64,000 bases of DNA. Origin: the human T2T-CHM13v2.0 reference genome, Homo sapiens. The DNA is taken from the NCBI RefSeq assembly GCF_009914755.1, contig NC_060937.1, one strand, 5' to 3'. Positions within the stretch are counted from its first letter, which is position 1. The number at the start of each line of letters is the position of its first letter. The notes below the pieces were generated by a model that saw only the letters and a list, made by a program, of their open reading frames with translations, made no database searches and was not told the DNA's origin. The translations under genes and the position numbers were made by a program. Shown here piece after piece: positions 25,801 to 39,447 of the stretch.

Positions 25801-27399
25801 TCTAATTCTATTCCATAAAAGTTATACCTTTCTTGACTCCCACCTGCAGTAGAGCTATATTACTTCTCAAAGAAAATGATATAATCTCTCAGAAATATGG
25901 GATAGTCAGAAACACAGGGCAACTTTTACATTTGAGCAGAGACATTAAATCACTAAGACCTGTGTGTAGTGAGTCTTCCAACTGACATATCTTTCAACCA
26001 GAGAAGCCCTCCTTTATCCATGAATAAGCATCAGTTGCTATTCTCTACATCATGGATTCCTCTCCATTACCACCTTAGCCCTGAAAACACTTCTATCTAC
26101 TCCTAATATAAGCCACGTGAAAAGCTAAGATTTGTTGCTATTTTTCATTATGCTGAGACTGATCAGAGAGGCATACTATGGCAATCACAGACACTAACCT
26201 GGCGGTAAGTCAGGGCAATTTCATTACAAGTGCACGCTTGCATTTTATGCCCCTTAATCACTGTTACTGCTCTCCCAAGCAGCACATTCTTTCAGCTTGG
26301 ATTTTGACAATACGTTCTTTGTCAGAGGAATGCTGCAAAGAGGGTGAAAGGGGCTGCTATTGCCAGAACAGTTCCCTGGCACCTGAGGCGGAGGTACTTA
26401 AAAAAGCCACTGTGTGCATTTACACTTGCTCCATTGGTGCACACAGCCTTACTCAAAAGAATAATGATAATGCAGGTAACAGTCTTATCTGGCTCAGCGG
26501 TTTTACCTTTTCATAGCCTCCAGATGTTTAGTGGAGTTTTGCTTATGCCCACTTCTTCAGAAAACTTACCTAGTTGTGTTAAGGTCAAAGGTACAATGCA
26601 AAATTCCCTGAGACCTGAAGAGCAGCTCTATCTGAGATGACTGAGTAGCCAACTTGCTACGCTGTGCCTCTTCTTAAAGCGTCTGTGAGCCGGGAATCAC
26701 AATTATTGAGAAAGGATCATAAATTAAATTAAATGACATGTAGAAAATGTCTGACATGTCAGAAATGTGGCCAAATAGGAATTCCTGAACCACAGTGACA
26801 AGGAAATCAATTCCATAGCTGGTGGTTGATTAAACCCAACTTCAAGCTGTCTTCCTGATATCCAGCTTCCTGGTATAGTATTTGCAGAGAACGCTTACCC
26901 AAGGTTGGCTCTAAATGAGTAATGTTATACAGACTGTGAACAGCCTTCGAAACCATGTTAGCCTACTAATTATTTGTGTGAGAGGCTTTTCTCTGGCCTG
27001 TGTTGACCGACGGAGAAAGGTAGAACCACTAGTCATGGGTAGTTACCCACACTGGGTAAAACACTTAAACAATGCCGCCACAATATTATTGGTAGAGGTG
27101 TTGTGCAAAATATTTTATAACGCATATGGAAGGAACTGACCAATCAAAACGGACAGAATAGACATCAGCCATAAAGAATTGGTAACTGTGCTGAAATAGC
27201 TGAAATGCACTGCCTGAATATCAGCCTGGCTTATAGATAAGTGTGTAGATAGCAAAAGCAACATCCATTACTGAGAACCTACCATGTGCTAGGCACTTAT
27301 GTGGGGCACTAGAGACATGTAATAAGCATAGAAGCCTGTAAGATCAGTATAGCCGCATGTAGTAGTAGCAGTAGGAGTAGCAGTAAGAGTAGTAGTAAT

Positions 27400-27633
27400 A
27401 GCCATCATTTGTTGAGGCCCTATTAGGCACTGAGTGCTGTTCATTTCATTGAGTTTTTGCAACAACTCTACACCAACAACTCTACAAAGTAGGCATTATC
27501 ATCAGATTACATGGATGAAATAACTGAAGCTCTGAGATGTTAAATAACTTGCCCAAACCATTCAGATACCAGAGCTGGAATAGAAAGTTCTATCTCTGTG
27601 GAAGCCCATATTCACTCCACTATGCCGTGTGGC
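27400..27633 (-). mobile_element. MIR with a short internal tandem duplication (caacaactctaca x2)
   Basis: 'gatgaaataactgaagctctgagatgttaaataacttgcccaa'. Confidence 0.7.
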
Positions 27634-30122
27634 ACCTCCTTGGAAATTGCACTGGTCTCGGCTCTGCCTCTAGCAGACCACTTAGTCTCTTCATTCTCAG
27701 TATTCCTGTCATAAAATTAGGAAAATAATATCTGTACATACTAACTGCTCAATGAATTTTAAATGTATGCTTCAGGTTCTTAGCATATGTGCTTTATTAG
27801 CAAAGCACAATCCCATCCCTTGAGAGATTTGTAACTTAGGTGGTTAGATAAGATATATACATTAAACATTTATATATATATATATGTAAAACATATTAAT
27901 GTGTCCCTCGCCTTTACCTGGGCAAGTCTTTCTGTCTGTTTCTCTCTCTCTCTGCTGGCCTTAGTCTGTGTACTCTGTCTTTGTGCTGAGGTAATGGTGA
28001 GAATTATATGGGTCTATTATTGTATAACATTCCAAGGTAGCATATACTAAGTTTCAAACAAGTGCTATGGGTGTCAGATATGAGAAGCACTTCTGGAAGT
28101 AGGCGGTCTGAGCATCTAAGAAAGCAGATTTCAGTGGCGGCTTGTTTTATGCCTTGAGGGGAAGGTTGACCAAAGCTGTGGGTATGTGGAAAAGAAGGGA
28201 AAGGCATTTTAGATAAGAGAAAATGCATGATCAGAGACATGGGATTGGAAATGTGAAATTTGTTTGGAGATTAGTAAACAAATCTCTTTTACTGGACTTA
28301 AAAGTTATTTTTCATAGCACAAAATGGCAAGAATAATAAATGCCAAAGAGTCAGGCAAACATCACTCAAAGCAAATATGCCCACGTCACCAAACTTGGTG
28401 TTCTAAGAATATAAAAAAAAGATATCAGTTCCTGTTATTCTTTTCTCAGAATAATACTCTTTGATATGAATATACTTAAAATCATTCAACTGTACATTTA
28501 AAAATGGTTAAGATAATTAAAAAATAAAACAAAAAACAAAAAACTCATCAATACTCTTTAGGGAAATGCCCAGTCTAAGTGCCCCAAGCCTTATAATTAT
28601 CTTGGTTATAACATTTATCCTGCATTTTAATTGGTTCTTTTCTTTTCCATCTCCTGCATTAGCCTGTAATTTCTTTCTTATTGGTCTTTGTAATTCTAGG
28701 ATTTAGTGTCTGACACATAGTATATAGACTAAATATATTTTAAGCAAATTAAGGGCTTCAAGTAAGCAAAAATTTTGAATAAGTTGCATTTAGCTTACAA
28801 CCTTAAAACCTTCCCTAACGCTCTTGAGAATGAAGTTTAGGGTCAGTCAGCATTAAGGAGTATATATAATCTACATGTGCTGGGCATGAAATGGTTAAGC
28901 AGCAAAGCCCAAGGCCTCTGCAGCCACTGGAGCTTTTTGATCATACTGTAGGAAGCACGGTAGCATGGTCAATAACTTCTGTGGACATTAGATTTTTTTC
29001 AAGTAAATTCAATCTGTAAATTGTTCTCTTCTAGGCAAAAAGCCAGGGAGACCCATATAATTCTCACCATTACTTCAGCACAAAGACAGAGTACACAGAC
29101 TGAGGCAAACAGAGAGAGAGAGAAACAGACAGAAAGACTTGTTCAGGTAAAGGCGAGGGACACATTGAATGTTTTAGCCTTCTATTAATCTATTCAAAAA
29201 CTAATTATAAAGAGAAGAAATACAAGACAGAAACAGAAATAAAGTTGTTAGAGACATTGCTCTCACAAGAGAAAGATGGAGAATTTCTTACATTACATGT
29301 TATTCCTTCTGTAAGGAAAAGAATATTTGAAAGCAGACCAGGTAAGGCCAAAGAAAGCACCTTATTTTCTGTCCTATCTTTAACTTTGCTTTGATATATC
29401 CATGAAAACATACAGAAAGCCCTAAAGTCACACAGCATTAGTCACTAAGCAAACTGATCAATGATTTGAAAACACTTGGAGAAATTTCTCTAAGGTAAAA
29501 TGTATTTGGGTTGGATTGTATCTGTGTGAATGGCCCATTCTGAAGCCTGGAGTATTTCCTGAGGTATTCCCTGCAACAGGGATGAAGGCAAGATCTGGCT
29601 TCTGCTACCGTGTACTGTATGCCTTGTAACAGGGGCTCTGGACTCCAAAAGAGGCTGCAGTAATCAATAACACAGCATGGCATGGCATGCAAGGGTACTA
29701 GGACATTGTGTATTGCATGCTGTTCTTAGAGGTGGAGGCAAATTCTTTATTCATTGAGGAATTTATTCATTCGATCATTTTTTAAATCCATTTGACAAAG
29801 ACGGTCTAAATTTCCTCATGTTTGGTGTTAGAGTGACACAGATGTGCAGGATTGATTTGGTCTCTGCTCTTATGACACAACGGTCCAACAATGAGAAAGA
29901 GTCAGTTAAATATGAATTAAAATAAGTGTAATAGGTGCTTTGTTAGGAAAAAAATATATACTACAGGTACATAGGAAGAAATATACGTGTGGGGTTCTGG
30001 GGGTGGGAAGCAAGGACCTGGAAATGTTTTTGTAGAAAGTGACTTTTATACTGACCCTGAAGTCAATGTTAAATAGTGTTGGAGGTGTTACAAGAAAAAG
30101 AAGGGAAATCTGAAAGCAGGAG

Positions 30123-30651
30123 TGTCTTAGTCGATTTGTGCTGCTATAACGAAATACCACATATCTTTATTGTCCAGCCTCTACTGATTACCCAGTTTCA
30201 AAGTCAGTTCTACATTTTTAGGTATTTGTTATAGCAACACCATGCTTTCTGTACTAATTTCTGTCTTAGCCCAGTTGTGCTGCTACAACAAAATGCCTGA
30301 GACTGGCTAATTTATAAAGTATGGAAATGTATGTCTCACAGTACTGGAGGCTGGAAGTTCAAGATTATCGTGCTGGTGGTTTTGGTATCTGTTGAGGGCT
30401 TGGTCTCTAATTCCAAGACGGTGCATTGGGGAAAAATACAATGTCCTCACAAGGAGGAAGGGATAGAAAGACAAAAAGAGACCCAGAGTGTCTCCTCTAG
30501 TTTTATTCCTAAGGTCACTAATCCCATTCATGAGAGCTCTACCCTCAGGACTTAATCACCTCCTAAAGGCACCCCTTCCTAATACTATCACATGGCTATT
30601 AAATTTTAATGTATAAATTTTATATGGGACACAAACATTCAGACTATAGCA
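30123..30651 (-). mobile_element. Collapsed MaLR (MST/MLT1A-like) provirus: 3' LTR stub, ~100 bp internal sequence, full 5' LTR
   Basis: 'tgtcttag' at 30123 and 30262; the intervening reverse complement 'gaaattagtacagaaagcatggtgttgctataacaaatacctaaaaatgtagaa' matches the start of MaLR-int. Confidence 0.75.
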
Positions 30652-30724
30652 GACCTCTAGAAAGAGCTGTTGCCAAGCGTGTCCACCCCTAGATGGGTGA
30701 AGTACCACAGTCTGTAAAGAAGGC

Positions 30725-31091
30725 TGTCATGTTTGGAATGTTTGCCTCCTCCAAAACTATGTTGAAATTTAATTGCCATTGTAGCAGTATGGTGGGACCT
30801 TTAAAAAATGATTAGGTGATGAGGGCTCCACCTTCATGGGTGGGATTATTGCCATTATAAATGGAGAAATTTGTTTACCTCTTGTTCTCTCGTTGCTCTT
30901 ATACTCTTCTGCAATGTGAGAAATAGCATTTGTCTCTCTGGAGAATGCAGTGTTCAACATGCCATCTTGGAAGCAGAGGCTGGGCCCTCACCAGACACCA
31001 AACCTGGATCTTGGACTCCTCAGCCTCCTGTTCTTCATAAATTATCCAGTCTGCAGTATTCTGTTATAGCAGCACAAAATGGACTAAGACA
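30725..31091 (+). mobile_element. MaLR solo LTR (MSTD-like)
   Basis: TG...'ggactaagaca'; 5-bp TSD AAGGC at 30720-30724 and 31092-31096. Confidence 0.85.
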
Positions 31092-31922
31092 AAGGCCAAA
31101 CCTGAATGTCATAAATAATAGCTATTTCTATCAGAAGTTCGGTTTGATAAGGCCCACTGATAGGTTTTAAATTAAATATAAATTTGGCAATCCAGTTTTT
31201 GTTTCTCAGTCAATTAAAATGGGTTAGTAGTATCCAAAGAATATGTCAGCAGTTTTCATAAGAAGCATCTAGATTTCCTGATAGTGTATGTTTGTTCTCC
31301 TGGAACATTAACACTACATTCCGAACACCCAATAAGTGTTGAATATTGATCAAAAGAGACCAAACATCATTATAACCAACATGTTAAATCGGATGTTTCT
31401 CAAATGCCTATTAGGAAATGTTGGATTTAAAAGATAAAGTCCTGTCAGTTCTCAATTCCACAAGTGACTTGTAAAAATACATGGAGATAAAAAATCTGGA
31501 ATACAGCATTTTTGCCAGAAAGCCTATAACACTCTAATAAATGTGTCACCTGGATTTTATCTTGAAAAGATGAGATCATTGCAACTCAAATAAACAGCAT
31601 CACTCTTGAGCAGAATGGGCTGAAAAATGACTTATAGGATCACATACACAAATTGTATATATTCTTGGCAAAAATGAGAGCATTGCTTAGTTAAATATTC
31701 ATAAAATAATGTATTAAAATGTTCATCTTTATATCCTGCAAATAAATGTGTTATGAGAATCATATTTTCATCTCTAGGAGACAGCTCAAGTCCTCTTGGA
31801 TATAGTAATGGTGAAAACTTAAATGAATAATAACATAGTTAAATAATATTATTGTGATCTTCTATATTTTGACAATTTTGTCCTTAGTTTTGACCCAACT
31901 TCTGTTAATGAGTGAATTATAT

Positions 31923-32100
31923 ACTCATTCAATAGCCAATAACTGTGGAGTGTCTGTTATGTGCTAGGCACTGGGGATTTGATGCTGAACAGGATACACA
32001 TATTTCCTGACTTCCTCTGGGTTACTTCCTAGTGGGGAGGACAGACAAATGCAAGTAACAAATAACTAAAATAATTACCAAAGATTATAAAACTGATGAA
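31923..32100 (-). mobile_element. L2 3' end
   Basis: 'gagtgtctgttatgtgctaggcactggggat...ctagtggggaggacagacaaat'. Confidence 0.7.
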
Positions 32101-32715
32101 GAAATGACTAGATTCAGTTTGGACTCTAACTTGATGTGGTCCTAAGCACTAAACTGGGATTTTAGAGATATTTTCTTTTTAATATTTTTGCAGCATTTCA
32201 CTATATGAGGGACTCTGAACCCAGAGGCTATAGTCTCACATATAGCTGAAATTTTCACATAATGATTAGATTTGTGCAGCAGCTTGGTGGTCTAGTTTGA
32301 GGTAAATGAGATGTCCGGAAGCTGAACTGCAGTGCAGGTTCCGAAATATTGGAAATGACATAGGTTCTGGTGATGCCTTATGGTGCTCTAAACTTTAGGT
32401 CACACTGAGGTTAAAACCAGAACAGGATTGGATCACACTCTTGGGAGCCAGACTGGATTTCTTTTTCAGTGCTTACTCTTGAGTCTGACACTTTGGTTTG
32501 TGCCATACATATCAGATGGGTCTAGTTTAGTTCCAAAGGCTCTGTCTTCCACATCCTCTTAAATCCATCTGTGTCCAGTTGAGTCTGCAGATATGCAAAG
32601 TGCTAGGACTCTGTTATTCATGTTCTCCTCACCCTGCTCTCTGCCTTCTGCCTACTATGTTGTCAAAATAACAGTAGTTGACCATTTGATGTGGTCTTTT
32701 AAAAAGAGAGATTCC

Positions 32716-32846
32716 CGCTTGAACCCGGGAGGCAGAGTTTGCAGTGAGCCAAGATCGTGCCACTGCACTCCAGCCAGGAGACAGAGTGAGACTCCATCTC
32801 AAAAATAAATAAATAAATAAATAAATAAATAAAAATAAATAAAAAA
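32716..32846 (+). mobile_element. 5'-truncated Alu (right-arm end) with (TAAA)n tail
   Basis: 'cgcttgaacccgggaggcagag...actccatctc' followed by (AATA)n. Confidence 0.9.
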
Positions 32847-33284
32847 GGATCTTCCTAGCCTGAAATCCTAGAACAGTGTTTTTGAAGAGAGAGAAGAGAA
32901 AATAGAATGAAGAGTGGAATGGAGGAAGAGTAGAATCACTGAGGTGGGGGAGAATATTAAATCTTAATGAAGAAGATCGTGATCCTTCCATTATCTCCCA
33001 GTATTTCAGTAAATGAAAACAGAGTGTCTACTACATGCTAGATAATACTGAAATATGTGACTCTCCTATACAGAAAAACCACATCCCTGGTTCAAATTAA
33101 AAAGTCCAAGCATCACAAATACTCTCAACTCCTTAATGGTCCAAACTTGTAGCAGCCTGGAATATGTTTCCAAATCAGATGGTCTTAGAACCAATCAAGA
33201 TATAATCTATCTTGAGAATGCCTTGGCAATATATTGAAAGCCTTAGAAATGTTCATATTGTCTGACATAGTAATTCCCCATCTT

Positions 33285-34082
33285 GGTAAATGCCGTCTTC
33301 CAAAACTTTGGTGTCATTCTTGATTCCTCTCTTTCTCTCAACTCATTTCTCATCTATTTGCCAAGCCTAAGGCTCTACATTTGCAAGAATCTAATCATCT
33401 TTCATGACCTCCACCACTAACAGACCACCATGATATGTCTGTGGACAACTGCAGCAATCTCCTAATGGATCTCCCTGCTTCCTCCTTTGCTCTTCATCTC
33501 TCTATTGGCCACACAGCAGCCACAGTAGTCTCTTATTTAATCTAGTTTGCTTATACCTCTGATGTCTTTCCATCCCATGTAAACTTAACCTACACCACAA
33601 GACCCTGTGTGATCTTGTCCTTGGCTTTATCTTTGGATGCTCTGGAGCTTCTATCACTCTCTGTCTCACTCTCACTGTGCCAGTCACAATGTCCTCTTTG
33701 CTGTTTATCAAGCATGCCAAACTCACTATTCCCTCAGGGCCTTTGCACATATCATTCCCTTAGCTTGCAATGCTCTTTCCTCAGGCATCCACATGACTAA
33801 CTCTTTACTCAATTTAGAAAGGCCTTCAAACTTATTAACTGTTACCTTACCAGAAAAGCCTTTTATGATCACACCAGCCTCTATTACTCTGCTCTACTTT
33901 CACTCTGCTCTACTGTTTTTTCTCCATAGCCACTATCACCACCTGACATATATATTTGTTTATTTGCTAGAATGCAAGCACAAGAGAGGAGGGATTTTGC
34001 TTTATTCTCTGCCAGATATTCAGGACTAGGAGAAGGCCTGGTACATAGTAAGACCTCACTAAATATTTGTTGAGTCAATGTG
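33285..34082 (+). mobile_element. L2a-like 3' portion
   Basis: 'ctcagggcctttgcacat...ctagaatgcaagc...cctggtacatagtaagacctcactaaatatttgttga'. Confidence 0.8.
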
Positions 34083-34293
34083 TTGGGTTCGTGAATTTTG
34101 ATTCCTGTTCATGTCTTTTGAATTCTTCTACAATCTGCCTATCAGATGCAAATTGGAAGACATGTTGATGTGCAGAACTCTTGGCCAAGTTTTTGGTCTA
34201 ATGGCAATTATGGGATTATGGCTTGCTAGCTTTCTGAAAAAAAGGAGTTGAAATGGATCTCCAAATTTTATTTAAAAAAAATCACAACCTCCT

Positions 34294-34920
34294 TTTTATG
34301 GTCTGGTCACGTTCCCCCAAATCATATGTTAAAAGTTAATGACGAATGTGAGAGTATTAAGAGGTGGGACCTCTCGGAGTGCAGACTTCATCACCTTCAT
34401 GTCATCGAGATTATCAACTTTATAAAAGGACTGGAGGAAACTAGCTGGCTATTTTTTTTTTAAGATGGAGTCTCGCTCTGTTGGCCAGGCTGGAGTACAG
34501 TGGTGTGATCTCAACTCACTGTCACCTCTGCCTCCCAGGTTCAAGTGATTCTCCTGTCTCAGCCTTCCCAAGTAGCTGGGATTACAGGAGTGCACCACCA
34601 CACCTGGATAATTCTTGTATTTTTAGTAGAAACAGGGTTTCACCATGTTGGCCAGGCTGGTCTTGAACTCAAGTGGTCTGCCTGGCTAGGCTCCTTTTTA
34701 TTTTTCCATCCCTTCTGTCATGTGAGGACACAGTGCCTATCCCCTCTAGAGGATGCCACGACAAGGCATCATCTTCGAAGCAGAGCCCTTACCAGACACC
34801 AAATCTGCCAGTACCTTGATCTTGAACTTCCAGCCTCCAGAACTCAGATATATATTTATCTTTGTTATAAATTACCCAGTCCCAGGTATTTTTTTACAGA
34901 AGCACAAACAGACAAAAGTC
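34294..34920 (+). mobile_element. MaLR LTR (MSTD-like) interrupted by an Alu
   Basis: 'gtattaagaggtgggacc' before the insert and 'ccttgatcttgaacttccagcctccagaact...ataaattacccagtc' after it. Confidence 0.8.
34452..34681 (-). mobile_element. 5'-truncated AluS
   Basis: Antisense Alu; TSD CTGGCTA at 34445-34451 and 34682-34688. Confidence 0.92.
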
Positions 34921-36984
34921 GCTTGATTTCTAGCATGGCTTCTAGATGCGTCGCTGTTCGAGGCCCTGACCCTTCATCCACAGTTTGTTTTCAGTCTCAG
35001 TCAACCAGCAGTGGCAGACCCTCTGCACCCCACTACTGCTTCTGAAGTTGGCCTTGGTCCCCACTGTCTGTATCTCTCCTCTCTGTAGCTGAGCTCTATT
35101 ATCTGGAGGTGCTTAGAGTGGAGGAGGCATTTCTGGATAGATCTACATGCTCTTTGCCAACTTCCATCTTTCTCTCTTCCACTTGTTTCATGTCAAAGGC
35201 CCTTAGAGAAAAGAGTAATGCTCTGTAATTTTATGGCTGCTCTTTTTTTTTTTTTAACCAAATATCATTTTGTGAAAATTTTTCCTGCACTATTAGGGGT
35301 CTTCTAAAACCTAGTTTTAAGTGGCAGCATATATTGTTCCTGGGATGTGTCATGATTAAACCATCATATTATTGTTGTGGCCATTTACATTGCTCTGAAA
35401 GTTTCACTGTTGTAGCAGCCTCATCTTTTCAACATAAATTCATTCATAGATAGATAGAAAAAATCTTGCTGTCTTTAACATTTTTTGCACATATCTTTTT
35501 TTATAGCTCTAATTTTTTAAAAGATGATCTTTTAGAAGGATAATCACTGGATAATAATCACTGGATAAGAAGATATAAATTTTCGTGTTCTACTTGATAA
35601 ATTCTGGGCTAACTACTTTTCAGAAACGTGAACTCCCACAAGTACCATTTCCTTCTTCACTATGCCCTTGCCAGTACTGAGTGTTACCTTGTAACAATCT
35701 TTGTCAATTTAATAAATGAAAAATTTGATTTTACTTCAATGCGAATTGAGCAACAATTCACATTTCACAAGTGATAAGTTACACACATTTAAAAAGGTTT
35801 GGGATCTTTTCTAACCTATCTATTATAACCAGGAGGTCACTTCTGAGTTGCTGACCTTTATCTGGTCTTCATGTTCCATTAAATACTCTGATTTAAAGCC
35901 TCAGGTCACTTTCAGTCTTAATTGTATTTTATTATTCTCCATTGTTGCAGAATGTTTCAGTCAATTTAGCCAGAAGGGTCTCTCTTCACCTTTTCTTCAC
36001 TGGTTCATTTCCAGTTATAACAATGACAGATTCCCTGAGATGTTATATTAATTTTATTATCATCACAATAACTATTATTACTCAAATGAAAGTAAGAATC
36101 AGAATGTGATTTTAGGCTTAGAGGAAAGCATATTTTTGTTGTTCACTGAGGAGGTATAAATTCTTTTTACTATTAAGCAAGCCGTGGTTATGCAGAGGCT
36201 AAATGTCAGATATTCTCAGATTTAGCAACAACTGTTTGCATTCCACATAATGTCAGAGAGCATGTAGAAGATAATAAAACATCAGCTTAAACATTTACTG
36301 AGGAAGTTTCTCTTGCACTATGTTAAGTTAAGCAAAAGATGGGTTGCCCAGCGCCTATTTCTTCATCACCACCCTTCTTCAGGAAGAGAAATGGGTCCTC
36401 AGTGCCCAGTTTTTCCTTTTGTTTATTTAGTGGGACCCTGGTTTCTGAGATGGATATGTAGCATCTTCATGTTCTCTTTCCCTCTATCAAAATTGACTAC
36501 TGGCCAAGTTTCCAAAAATTGCTTCATGTTAAAAGGTTGGTTTCATCATTGTTACTTGTATTTTTGAATGGTAGGAGCACTTCTTGGTTAACCAAGAGCA
36601 AACACAGCCTTCAGTAAATATTTAGCCATAGCCAACTTGACTTTCATTCACTATTAAACCCATAAACCAAAGGAATGAATAATAAATTTATGGTTATTAG
36701 AGTTTTTCGCAGGAGAAGCTTTTATCTCTCCTGTAGCACCACAGGTGACTCCACCTGTAACAGTAGGTCCCATAGAACATTGCATATTTGCCAAACACTG
36801 TACATATCCTATTTAACCATCACAACAACCTTCATTTCACAAATGAGGAAACTAAAGAAACTAGAGTTTAGTTCCCAGGTAGTGGTAGAGCAGAGATCTG
36901 AACCCACGTCTGACTGACTCACTCCGAAGGGCATGTTCTTAAATATTACACTCTTTGGATGCTTTCAGCTGTATAGTACTTGAA

Positions 36985-38001
36985 AGGGTCCTACATGCTC
37001 TTCTACCTGTGTTCTTGCCATGATCCTTTTAAGAGGTAGAATATGTTCCCTTTCTTCTTAGTTCTGAGTGGTCCTTGTGATTATTTTGATGAATAAAATG
37101 TGGCAAAAGTGATGCTGTGTAACTTTCGAGGATGATCCTTAAGAAATTTCCAGCTTCTGTTTTGGCTTCTTGCTCCACTCTTTCTGGACCTCAGCTGCTA
37201 TAACATCAGAAGGTCCATATGGAGAATAACAAAGACACCTCTCCCCACCCCCACAATAGCCAGCAGCCACAGCTGAGCTCCCAGAAGGAGGCCAGCACCC
37301 AGGACCAGCCACATAATTTGTCAAGTCCAGTGCAAAAGAAAAACTCATACCCCAACCAGGGGCAGGGAAGTCAGTCTCGCTTTCCTTAGGTCCAATGCTT
37401 CTGTGCCTGGGCTGGCTCAGGAGCTGACTGGCTGTGGTCACAAGAAATCTGCCAAACATGCCATGATGTCGCCAGCCCACATGGGATCAAAGACCCCTTG
37501 CCATACCCCAAGATACTGAATGTCCCAATATGCTGTGAAGCCCTGACCTTGATCTTCCCCACATCTGCTCCCAGGTTCCTGTCAGGGGGCGTTGGCAGCA
37601 GCAGAACCCTGGCCTTCCACCCACCAATGTAACAGGGCAGAGAGCAGCAGTGGTCATGGGGCAGGTGTGGGGAGGGGAAGCCACTTGGGACCCAAGGAGT
37701 CAGACAGCAGGAGAGTGCAGCCAGGAAGCTATCCTGGAGCAATGGGCTCCGAGCCACCAACATCTGCTCCATTGTCACCTCATTATTCACCTACCAAATA
37801 CAAACTTAAGGATGAAATTTATTAAGAATTTCAAGATGGCAACTGTGTGAATGAGGGCATTTTGATCCTGTGACTGTCCCAGAGCCCCAGCAGAAAAACC
37901 ACCCCATCACCCCCTAGAGCCACGAGAAATACAAAAACAGTTGGTGCTTTGAGCTGTTAAGTGTCGGGTTTGTTTATTACAAGGCGCTTGATAACCATAA
38001 A
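36985..38001 (+). mobile_element. Old MaLR LTR (MLT1F/G/H-like) interrupted by MER45
   Basis: 'aataaaatgtggcaaaagtgatgctgtgtaactt' and 3' end 'gggtttgtttattacaaggcgcttgataacc'. Confidence 0.65.
37300..37843 (+). mobile_element. hAT-Tip100 element (MER45B/C-like), right end lost
   Basis: 'caggaccagccacataatttgtcaagtccagtgcaaaagaaaa' and 'attaagaatttcaagatggcaac' match MER45 terminal regions. Confidence 0.65.
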
Positions 38002-38734
38002 GTTTTGCTATCATCTTTCTGTGGACTAGTATCGAACATTTTGAAATCAAGTAATAAGAGGAAAATTGGAAAAGTGAAATGCAAAGACACTTAAAAAACA
38101 GAAGGCCCCTGGGGAGGTGAAGAAATTCAGGGAAAGCTTCCCATAGGAGGAGAACCTTCAGACAGACTTTGAAATAAGCACAGTATGTGGACCGGTAGAC
38201 AACGGCAGACTCCACTTGGCTGTCCACTACATGCCAGACAGGCAGCAAGCATGCACATTAATGCACAAAAAATCCAACTCCTGGATTAAAAGCCTGAACC
38301 ACCCAGCTTCACCCACATTATACCTTGCTCCTCGCTTCTCTTCATCTCATGACCCAGCCTGCATTTTTGCCTCTGGCTAAGTCCTTTCAGTCTGATGCAG
38401 AAATCGAATTGTGTCAGCCTCTGATCTTATTTTAGCTTGCTGGTTGCATGTTTTTCTTTTCTCTGCAGCTCAGAGATGCTAAATCTCCAGGATCCTTCTC
38501 TCCCAGGGCTGTGTGTTATCTTTAGGAACCTCTGTCCTAGTCCTTCCTGTTCAACGCACAAATTTGAAGCTTATTTGAATGTAAAACCAACTTGTAGGAT
38601 TTACACAAACACCATTTCCCACTCTTGTTTGTCCATGAAGCCCTCCTTTCCCAGATCATATTTTAGCTTCTCACATTACCATTCAAGTAATGCTACCTTA
38701 GGCTAAATTCCTACAAGTTGATTTATAGCAGCTA

Positions 38735-38791
38735 TCTCTTTAACAAGCTCCTCAGATGATTCTGATGTGCACCAAAGTTTGGGAAACACTG
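38735..38791. mobile_element. MER5A terminal fragment
   Basis: 'ttaacaagctcctcagatgattctgatgtgcaccaaagtttgggaaacactg'. Confidence 0.7.
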
Positions 38792-39127
38792 TATTAGACA
38801 TACATAAAATTGAAGTTATAATAGTCCTTCGTAACTTTTGATCAGTCTCACTCACTCCTTCTTTAAGGCTCAAATATAAAACCCCTCAAAACTCCATAAC
38901 CTTTCATAATTACAACTGAATTTATTAGCTGTTTGACAGTTATTATACTTTAAATCTGAGGCATATAACCTTTGCCAAAGCATTTATTATTTTAGATTCT
39001 TATGTCCTCTACCTCTGGATGGTGTTAGGATTCAGGAAACCTGAATTCATTTAACACTATTCAACTGAGTAGTTTAGCCTTTTTAGTGGCATGTAATTTA
39101 ACATTCTATGTAGATAATCTGGTATAG

Positions 39128-39447
<320 letters not shown>

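Noticed and set aside
34545-35045. Longest ORF in the track (166 aa)
   Set aside because: Read-through of an antisense Alu into an MST LTR; typical Alu-derived peptide (VAGITG...[15 protein letters not shown])
35538-35569. Short duplication of 'ataatcactgg'
   Set aside because: Ordinary slippage inside a degraded L1 fragment
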